DNA of 13,450 nucleotides from Candidatus Krumholzibacteriia bacterium (GTDB taxonomy: Bacteria > Krumholzibacteriota > Krumholzibacteriia > WVZY01). The position numbers were made by a program, and so were the translations under genes. Each line of letters opens with the position of its first letter. Positions within the stretch are counted from its first letter, which is position 1. The stretch covers positions 1 through 13,450 of the forward strand of contig JAZGDW010000091.1 of the NCBI GenBank assembly GCA_036478295.1, given 5' to 3'. Below are positions 1 through 6,431 of this stretch, piece by piece. The notes beneath the pieces are model-generated. The model was not told the DNA's origin, did not search any database, and saw nothing but the letters and a program-made list of their open reading frames with translations.

Positions 1-1
1 C

Positions 2-349
2 CTCGCCCGGGACTTTGCCGAACGGACTCGGCGGGACCGCGTGGAATTCTATCTCGAGTGGAACCTAGAGCCGGAGAAAGCGCTTCGCCTCGCCTCCCAG
101 GAGTCGCGAAAACGACGCGACCCCGGCGCGTACAGCCTGCTCGCCTGGGCCTACTACCGGAACGGCAACTACGACCTCGCCTGGTCGAGCATCGCGCTGG
201 CCCTGCGCAGGGGTGTCCAGCACCCCGAGTTCTTCTACCGTGCGGCAGTCATTGCCAAAGCGGCCGGCAAGATGGACAAATACCGGACGTTCGCAAAAAA
301 AATTCGCGACATAACTCCAAATGTTGAACAGGTATATGGGCCGCTCTAA
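2..349 (+). CDS. Tetratricopeptide-repeat protein, C-terminal part (5' end outside the window)
   Basis: The frame is open from position 2 (LARDFAERTRRDRVEFYLEW...) to TAA 347-349. TPR-like helix pairs: AYSLLAWAYYRNGNYDLAW and PEFFYRAAVIAKAAGK. Confidence 0.75.
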   Translation, partial: LARDFAERTRRDRVEFYLEWNLEPEKALRLASQESRKRRDPGAYSLLAWAYYRNGNYDLAWSSIALALRRGVQHPEFFYRAAVIAKAAGKMDKYRTFAKKIRDITPNVEQVYGPL

Positions 350-376
350 GCGGCCACCGCAAAAAAATCCCGATCG

Positions 377-409
377 AACCTTGAACAAAGCTTCAACCTT
401 GACTACATT
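377..409 (+). promoter_or_regulatory. Promoter of the merR-family gene, overlapped by an operator dyad (probable autoregulation)
   Basis: TTGAAC (381-386), 17 bp, TACATT (404-409). The dyad TTGAA-caaagc-TTCAA (381-396) covers the -35. Positions 377-396 match 938-957 at 17 of 20 bases. Confidence 0.65.
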
Positions 410-415
410 ACATGT

Positions 416-883
416 ATGGAAGGCGGACGAACCATAGGGCAGCTGGCCGGTGAGCTGGGGCTTCCTGTTTCCACCCTGCGCTACTACGAGCGCGCGGGGC
501 TCGTTGCCCCCAGCGGCCGGAGCGACGGGAACTACCGCATCTATGATCGCGCAGCCGGAGACCGAATCCGGTTCATCCGCATGGCGCAGTCGACCGGGTT
601 TACGCTCGCCGATATCCGCTCGCTGCTCGCTCTGCGGGACGACGAGACGGCTCCTTGCGGAGAAGTTCGCGGGCTGATCGAAAAGCGGCTCGCCGACACC
701 GCCGAACGCATAAAGGAATTCAAAGAGGTTCAGCTGCTTCTCAAGACGTTTCTCAAGAAGTGCGAGGCCGCTGAAGCGGACGAAGAGTGCCACGTGATGG
801 AGGAGCTCGAGCCGACGGACAGCGACAGCTCTGTCGATGAGTTGAAACCGGTCAAGCGCACCAGGCGGCGGACCCGACAATAG
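416..883 (+). CDS. MerR-family heavy-metal-responsive transcriptional regulator (MerR/CadR/ZntR/PbrR type)
   Basis: N-terminal HTH TIGQLAGELGLPVSTLRYYERAGLV...GNYRIY, then RFIRMAQSTGFTLADIRSLL, and three Cys at 81, 116 and 125. Confidence 0.95.
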   Translation: MEGGRTIGQLAGELGLPVSTLRYYERAGLVAPSGRSDGNYRIYDRAAGDRIRFIRMAQSTGFTLADIRSLLALRDDETAPCGEVRGLIEKRLADTAERIKEFKEVQLLLKTFLKKCEAAEADEECHVMEELEPTDSDSSVDELKPVKRTRRRTRQ

Positions 884-937
884 ACCCCCCCCGGGTGCCC
901 GCCCACCCGCCACTATCATTTTCCAAAAAAAGTTAGT

Positions 938-959
938 AACCTTGAACCCAGGTTCAAGG
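938..959. promoter_or_regulatory. Perfect palindromic operator, probable binding site of the MerR-family regulator
   Basis: CCTTGAACC-ca-GGTTCAAGG (940-959) is a perfect 9-bp inverted repeat with related copies at 377-396 and 1212-1232. Confidence 0.7.
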
Positions 960-1049
960 AGTCTAATAGGTATGGAAGAACGGGATGCTTGCGGCCCTAT
1001 TTCGATTAGCAGCCTAACCCGTTGAAAAATAGCAATTAGGAGAAAAGCC

Positions 1050-1151
1050 ATGAAACGTATCATCTGGATAGCCACAGCGGCCTTACTGGTCGTGGCCAAA
1101 GCGTTGGGCAAGGCGATCCACTCCGCGGCCCTCTCTGTCATAGGACGCTAG
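1050..1151 (+). CDS. Small 33-aa hydrophobic or signal-peptide-like ORF (possibly a gene remnant)
   Basis: AGGAG RBS at 1038-1042 and ATG at 1050. Translation MKRIIWIATAALLVVAKALGKAIHSAALSVIGR, then TAG. It is below the ORF-track length cutoff. Confidence 0.45.
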   Translation: MKRIIWIATAALLVVAKALGKAIHSAALSVIGR

Positions 1152-1208
1152 GAGAACCTGGTGGAACGGGGGGCTCCGGGTACCGTGCCCTATCGCGGCC
1201 CCGGGGGC

Positions 1209-1240
1209 TTGACCTTGCACTACGGTTCAGGTTTTAGACT
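1209..1240 (+). promoter_or_regulatory. MerR-type long-spacer promoter for the selenoprotein/metal operon
   Basis: TTGACC (1209-1214), 20-bp spacer, TAGACT (1235-1240), with an imperfect dyad ACCTTGCAC-TAC-GGTTCAGGT over the -35 and spacer. A 19-20 bp spacer is the hallmark of promoters activated by MerR-family proteins. Confidence 0.8.
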
Positions 1241-1257
1241 GTTTAGTGAGGGCCATT

Positions 1258-2022
1258 GTGAAATTGCGAAAGATGAAATCCTGGATGTTGCTTGTGACCC
1301 TGTGGCTGGTTATCGGGCTCGGTCCGGTTGCCGGCGATGGTGGGCCGCAGGCCCGTGGACTGTGCGAAACGGCCTCGGGCAAGGAGGAGTCCCGGGAGGG
1401 TGACACCGAACTCGCCACTGTGACGCTCGCCGTCAAGGGGATGATGAAGAGCCGCAGCGGCGCTACCTGATTCGGCTGACCCGACGGGGTTCGGGCGGCC
1501 CTGGAAGGGCTGCGAGGAATTAAAAAGGTGACGATGCTTGCCGAGAGCGATGCATTTATCGTCCAGTACCAGAGGAGCCGTGTGAGCGTCGCCGCGATGA
1601 TGGAGAAGATACGCGCCCTCGGCTACCGCCCGGAGGAAGTCCAATTCTTGAAGCGCGGCGACAAGACCGCCCCGACGTTCAGCGACCTGCCGGAGCCCAT
1701 CGCGGCCGCATGGGAATCGGCAAAGCGGAAGGGCAAGATCCTGGTGCTGGATTTCTATGCGTCCTGGTGCGCTCCCTGCAAGATACTCGAGCGCGATGTC
1801 CTGCGTTCCGCCAGGGTCGAGAAGGCACTCGGCGAATTCGTTTTTCTCAAGGTAGACACGGATCGTTACCCGAAGGCGGCCGAGCATTTCAGGGTAAGGG
1901 CGCTGCCCACATTGATTATGATCGACACACGGGGCCACCTGCGCGACAAGCACGTCGGCTTATTGAGCGTCGATGAACTCGTCGAGAAGTTGGACGCTTT
2001 GAAACGGAGCGCCGTAGACTGA
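1258..2022 (+). CDS. Predicted secreted di-selenoprotein: signal peptide + HMA (MerP/CopZ-like) domain with UxxU + thioredoxin (WCAPC), about 254 aa, Sec at TGA 1468-1470 and 1477-1479
   Basis: Track ORFs 1246-1470 and 1528-2022 are in the same frame, joined by ACC TGA TTC GGC TGA CCC. Read-through gives VTLAVKGM-MKSRSGA-T-U-FG-U-PDGVRAALEGLRGIKKV...MMEKIRALGYRP, a full HMA fold, followed by ILVLDFYASWCAPCK...RALPTLIMID. The start is GTG 1258 (GAGGG at 1248-1252), with GTG 1246 and ATG 1273 as alternatives. Confidence 0.85.
1474..1513 (+). other. Candidate bacterial SECIS hairpins for the two UGA codons
   Basis: Hairpin A (1474-1500): GGCTG-a-CCCGA[cggggt]TCGGG-CGGCC. Hairpin B (1495-1513): GCGGCCC[tggaa]GGGCTGC. 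Both have G at loop position 2. Folded by eye. Confidence 0.55.
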
Positions 2023-2053
2023 CGAGAGCACCGCCCCCCTAAGGGAGATATCG

Positions 2054-2365
2054 ATGAAGAAGATTACGATTTTTTATTTTGAAGGCTGCCCGAACTACGA
2101 TCCAACGGTAACCCTGATCCAGCGGGTTCTGGATGAACTGGGTATCGAGGCCGTTGTGGAATCGGTCGAAGTGAGGGGCAGCGATGACGCCCAGCGCCTG
2201 CGCTTCTTCGGGTCACCCACCGTGCACGTGGAGGGAGCCGACATCGATCCGGCGACGGAAGGGCGCTCGGATTACGGTATCAGCTGCCGCAAGTATGGTC
2301 CCTCGGGTACCCCGAGCCGTAACATGGTCGTCGAAGCGCTCGAGAAAATCGAAGGTGAATCATGA
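2054..2365 (+). CDS. Small thioredoxin/glutaredoxin-fold protein of the type found in mercury/heavy-metal operons
   Basis: RBS AGGGAG upstream. Motifs IFYFEGCPNY, FFGSPTVHVEGADID (cis-Pro loop) and GISCRKY. The stop overlaps the next start (ATGA 2362-2365). Confidence 0.85.
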   Translation: MKKITIFYFEGCPNYDPTVTLIQRVLDELGIEAVVESVEVRGSDDAQRLRFFGSPTVHVEGADIDPATEGRSDYGISCRKYGPSGTPSRNMVVEALEKIEGES

Positions 2366-3894
2366 CGGCAACCGGTGGTGGGCGCGCGAATCTCTGGACG
2401 GCGGGTGGTTCCATTGTGGCCGCCGTGGCGGCGTCGGCCTGTTGTTGGCTGCCGCTCGCACTCATCGTCTTTGGCGCCTCGGCCGGGGGGCTATCGGCGG
2501 CGTTCGATCGGCTCCGGCCATTGTTTCTGGCGATTTCAGTGGTCCTCTTGTCCGCCGGGTTTTACTTGAACTATTTTCGCAAGGAAAGGTGTGAACCGGA
2601 TATGGCATGCGCGAATCCGAATCCGAAACTGAAGCGATTCAACCGCGTGGTTCTGTGGGTGGCCACCGCCGGCGTTCTGGCGTTTGGGCTTTTTCCAAAC
2701 TACGTGGGGGCGCTGTTCGGCGGGAGTGACTACGCGGTAGCGGCGGAGCGTAAAGACAATTCGCAGATGCTCCTCAGGGTGGACGGCATGACCTGTGCCG
2801 GATGCGCCTCCAACGTCAAAAGGTCTCTCATCGGCGTTATAGGTGTCCTCGATGTAACGGTGAGTGTCGCGGAGAGCCAGGCAATCGTGAGGGTGGACCC
2901 GAAACACCCGCCGGCCATGGAGACCCTGATCGTCGCCGTAAACAAAACGGGCTACCGGGCCAGTTTATGGGTTAGCACCGCAGCCGCGGCGCCTGCCGGG
3001 GAGGTTGCCGGCGCCGACGCGGAGGACGAGCGAGCAGAAATCATCGTCGGGCACTGGTCGGGTACCGTCAAAACACCCGATGGGGACATACCGGTGGTGG
3101 TCGATATTACGCGTCTCGATGACGGACGCTGGCTCTCGGAAATCGATCTCAAAGATTACGACATGGAAAACTACGCGGCCGACGTCGACCGGCGTGGACG
3201 GACGTTGACCCTGCGGCTGAGCGGCATCGAGCTGGTCGGCAACATTTCCGAGGACGGAACCACGTATGCGGGTCGTTTCCTGAGCGGTGACGCCGAGTTC
3301 ACGTTCGAGCTGACTCGCCGGGGCGAGCCGGAGATTTCGGAATTGCGGCTCGAGCTGGAAACGTCGAAGGTCGACGTTGCCGCGCTGAAAACGCTTTCCA
3401 GCGACGCCGCCGAACTCAAGAAACTCTTCAATGACCAGGATAATTCGGTGCGGCTGGTGGCGCTTCTGTCACCCTCGTGACCGATGTGCCAATTCGGCGC
3501 CCGTGTGGTGCAGCAGCTGCTCTACGAGATCGAGGACGAGAACTTTCGTGCGTACGTTGTGTGGGAACCCATCCTTCGGACGGATAACCGTGAGGCCGCG
3601 GTAAAGGCTACCGCGCTCATCGAGGATCCGCGGGTCACACACTACTGGACCGATAGCCGCGACGTGGGGCACCTCTTCAGCCCCTCGATCGCCCTCGAGA
3701 ACGAGCCCGCCTGGGACGTGTATCTCCTCTATCCGGCGGGAAACCGCTGGCAGGCCGAAGCCCCCAAACCGGACTACTTTCAGCACCAGCTCGGTGGACG
3801 TCTGCCGCCGGATCAGCGTCTGGACGGAGATGCCCTGGCCGACCGAACGGAGACGCTTCTCGAGAAGCTGTCGCGGCTCGAAATGTCGCGCTGA
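2362..3894 (+). CDS. Predicted selenoprotein fusion: MerT-like membrane domain + HMA (GMTCAGC) + beta-rich linker + thioredoxin-like UxxC domain, 510 aa, Sec373 at TGA 3478-3480
   Basis: MerT features are AASACCWLPL in TM1, the cytoplasmic pair CEPDMAC, and three TM segments. The HMA motif GMTCAGC is at 2785-2805. ORFs 2362-3480 and 3484-3894 are in frame, joined by TCG TGA CCG ATG TGC, giving VRLVALLSPS-U-PM-C-QFGARVV (beta strand, redox motif, helix). There is no RBS before ATG 3484. Confidence 0.85.
3497..3511 (+). other. Candidate SECIS apical hairpin downstream of UGA 3478-3480
   Basis: GCGCC[cgtgt]GGTGC. The loop starts 22 nt after the UGA with G at loop position 2, nearly the same spacing as hairpin B after UGA 1477-1479 (23 nt). 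Confidence 0.45.
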
Positions 3895-3945
3895 CGGAAC
3901 CCCCCACCGCAGGCGCTGCGCTTGACGCGGTGGCGCGCCACGGTG

Positions 3946-3985
3946 ATGCCTCCTTCAAGTAACGACTTGAAGGAGGCATTTTTTT
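3946..3985 (+). terminator. Rho-independent terminator closing the metal operon
   Basis: Perfect 15-bp stem ATGCCTCCTTCAAGT[aacg]ACTTGAAGGAGGCAT followed by a T-run. Confidence 0.9.
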
Positions 3986-4025
3986 CGTGTGTAGGGGGGA
4001 CGTTCGCTCGGAAGCCGGGCGCGGA

Positions 4026-4190
4026 TCAGTGCCGGGGCTCGAGTTTGATATACTTCTGCAGTGTGGCAACCAGCTGCGGTACGACCAACTCGATAAAGTG
4101 CGACTGCTCCCATTTCGGGATGCCGCGCTTGAGACGGTCTTCCAACCGGTTAAGGTCTTCCTTGTCGATCAAACGAGCTTCTTGCCTCAT
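4026..4190 (-). CDS. Small hypothetical protein (54 aa)
   Basis: MRQEARLIDKEDLNRLEDRLKRGIPKWEQSHFIELVVPQLVATLQKYIKLEPRH, with a GAGGTG RBS (complement of 4197-4202) 6 nt before the ATG at 4190. Helical, protein-like composition. Confidence 0.6.
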   Translation of the reverse strand: MRQEARLIDKEDLNRLEDRLKRGIPKWEQSHFIELVVPQLVATLQKYIKLEPRH

Positions 4191-4712
4191 CGTGTACACC
4201 TCAATCCATCCTGGTGACCCATAGATCAAGAGGACAAAGAAAATCAACCCACCGTGCTTGCTCCATCTTGTGCCGTTCTCCCTCGCCGAGGCGTGGGTGA
4301 GCGGATCACGGATACCGGCGCGAAGCCGTTGGGCAAGCCGTGCGGGATGCATTTCATTCGATTTAGGACAACCTGATTGTACCGCAGTTCGACCTCGCGT
4401 GGCAACAGAATTCTGGGACTCTGATGTCTGCTATTTACTTACGCGTCCACAAAGTGTCTCAAACTTCCCTGTTGTTACCTGTTCTTCCCGATTGGGGTTT
4501 GTTCGTGACGCGTTTTGCGCGGCGGCCTGGCGGGGGGTTCGGACACGGACACTGGGGAGCCTTGGGTAACGCTTTGCCATTCGGCGGACGTTCCTTCGGG
4601 GAAACCGGGCGCAAACACCCTGCGCGTACCAGCACCACGGGTGGTCGGCGGACCTGATGCGTTACATATAGAGTGACAGACGAGTGAACATGCAACCGAA
4701 TAGGGAGCGGTT

Positions 4713-5447
4713 ATGTTCAGAGTACACAATATCTTGAGGTTCTCCGTAGTGCTCCTCTGTCTCGTTCTCCTCGTTGTCGTGGCGACGGGTTGCTCCCCGC
4801 AGGGTGACCGGTCGGCGATCTTTTCCGTGACCGCATTAACAGTGGTCGAGGCCGTGCCGGCGATCGGCGGCGACGTCGTGGTAGGTGTCCGCGCGCGGGT
4901 GACCCTGGTAAACGACCCAGGTTCATTTCTTCGCGGGGGCGTCAACGTGGGCGACCTGGTCACGGGCTTTTATCTTTACGACGAGGGGGCCGTGGATACC
5001 AAGAAGAACGATCCCCGGGCGGGCAGGTATGCGTTCAACAGCGCGCCCCACGGTATCAACCTGTCGGTAAGCGGGCTTCCTTTCAACTCGGATCCCAACG
5101 CCGTGGACATGACCATTCGTCTGAAGAACGACGATACCAGGGGGAGCCCCGGGATACCCAAGGATTCGTATGAGGCCCGTAGTCTGAGCAACACGGACGT
5201 GCTGCCCGGCGTGGGTGTGCAGGATATCCGCATAGAGCTCAAGGATTACACCGCCGCGGCGCTTGCCAGCGACGAATTGCTCGGCCTGTTCCTAGACCTC
5301 GGTGATTGGGGGACATTGTCCAGGGTGACACTGCAGGGAGTGGACAATTGGACCATTGAAGCTGACATCACCATCATTTCGCGGCAGAGCACCCAGTCCG
5401 CATCGCACGACGATGGGGGAGAGCAGATCCGCTTCCACCAGCCGTAA
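4713..5447 (+). CDS. Hypothetical lipoprotein, beta-rich
   Basis: AGGGAG RBS, hydrophobic signal with a lipobox-like VATG-C, and a beta-strand-rich mature part. No family recognised. Confidence 0.75.
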   Translation: MFRVHNILRFSVVLLCLVLLVVVATGCSPQGDRSAIFSVTALTVVEAVPAIGGDVVVGVRARVTLVNDPGSFLRGGVNVGDLVTGFYLYDEGAVDTKKNDPRAGRYAFNSAPHGINLSVSGLPFNSDPNAVDMTIRLKNDDTRGSPGIPKDSYEARSLSNTDVLPGVGVQDIRIELKDYTAAALASDELLGLFLDLGDWGTLSRVTLQGVDNWTIEADITIISRQSTQSASHDDGGEQIRFHQP

Positions 5448-5616
5448 CCTCCGCCGAAGACAGGAGGTCGGACCGTTTTCGTGCCCCGAATTAGACCCCT
5501 CGCCCAGAACTGATTTTTCTCGTGTTGCAAGTCCACAGTTTTTCTGTCAACTTCGACGGAACCAATAAGGTAACAATATATCCGTCCAATGACCCAGGAG
5601 TGAAGGGAGGAACGTC

Positions 5617-6180
5617 ATGCGTCGCATGCTGCTGTTCCTGATCGCAGGGGTGTTACTTTTTGCCGGCGCGGCCGGCGCTCAGACGAACCTTGGCATCGTC
5701 GGCGGTATTCTCGTACCCATGGCGGATCTGTCGGACAGGGCCGATCTGTCTCCGTACATCGGCGCGCGCTGGGAGATCCAGGACGTCAGCCCGATGGGCC
5801 CGGCGGTCGTGCTAAGCTTCCTCATCCAGGGAGGTTTCGCGTTTCTGCAGACCGATAAGGACCTGGAGGCTGTGCTCGACGCGCTCGGGCAGAGCGACGA
5901 CGGCACGTATTTCGATATCGGCGCGGGAGTGCGGGTGTACTCCACAGCAAGCCCCCTCTTCATTTCTGCCGGGGGGTCCTTTGTGAACCTCGATGTCGCG
6001 AGCATCGCAGGCACAGGGGACTCAAAGAACGGATTCGGCACTCATGTCGGGCTTGGATTCGTACTGGGACAGGCGTCCTTCAAGTTCGACATCGAGGGCC
6101 GCGCCAGCTTCGTGCTCTTTGAAGGCGGTGGCGACGTCGCGCACTTCCAGGTGCTCGCGAGCTTCGGGTTGCCCTTTTGA
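5617..6180 (+). CDS. Outer-membrane beta-barrel protein (8-stranded OmpA/OMP_b-brl-like)
   Basis: GGGAGG RBS, signal peptide ending AGA-Q, alternating amphipathic strands, and C-terminal Phe (ASFGLPF). Confidence 0.85.
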   Translation: MRRMLLFLIAGVLLFAGAAGAQTNLGIVGGILVPMADLSDRADLSPYIGARWEIQDVSPMGPAVVLSFLIQGGFAFLQTDKDLEAVLDALGQSDDGTYFDIGAGVRVYSTASPLFISAGGSFVNLDVASIAGTGDSKNGFGTHVGLGFVLGQASFKFDIEGRASFVLFEGGGDVAHFQVLASFGLPF

Positions 6181-6431
6181 AGCGAGCCGGACCAATTTAG
6201 AGCTTTCTTCAGGCAAGTTCGTGGTGTATACTCACGAACCACACAAGTGCCCCTCCACAGCACTCGTACCTCGGGAGCATGCTGAATCTCACTGCTAAGA
6301 GTCCGACAGCAGTTCTCCGGTTCACCAGTTAGTCGAACGCCGAGAGGCGCCGATGGCTGGCTGGCGAAAACCGGTTGACGTGGTACCGCAGACCCGACCA
6401 TCGGGTCGAAGACATGCACGGAGGATCACTA

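Noticed and set aside
65..1141. 358-aa minus-strand ORF and other long antisense ORFs (1243-1953, 6720-7943, 10208-10774)
   Set aside because: They are shadows of well-supported plus-strand genes in GC-rich DNA and have no recognisable motifs.
2020..2022. Further Sec readthrough at the TGA stops 2020-2022, 3892-3894 and 4026-4028
   Set aside because: The domains are complete, there is no Cys-motif context, and the stops are followed by an RBS and next gene or by the terminator.
1468..3480. Genome-wide UGA reassignment (code 4 or 25) as the cause of the in-frame TGAs
   Set aside because: TGA acts as a normal stop at 2022, 2365, 3894 and 6180, TGG is used for Trp, and the long genes have no internal TGA. 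The internal TGAs occur only at Cys-motif positions.
1246..3894. Pseudogenes, or four separate genes as shown in the ORF track
   Set aside because: There are no frameshifts or other decay, all three stops are TGA at Cys positions, and the split products would cut the HMA and thioredoxin folds at their active sites.
4400..4414. Sigma54 promoter TGGCAA-N5-TTCT
   Set aside because: The -12 element lacks the conserved GC.
4580..4660. c-di-GMP-I (GEMM) riboswitch suggested by GGGCGCAAA
   Set aside because: The GGCAAA-stem-GNRA arrangement and the second hairpin are not present.
6375..6431. TTG start at 6375 for the propeller gene
   Set aside because: ATG 6432 has a GGAGG RBS and places the signal peptide at the N-terminus.
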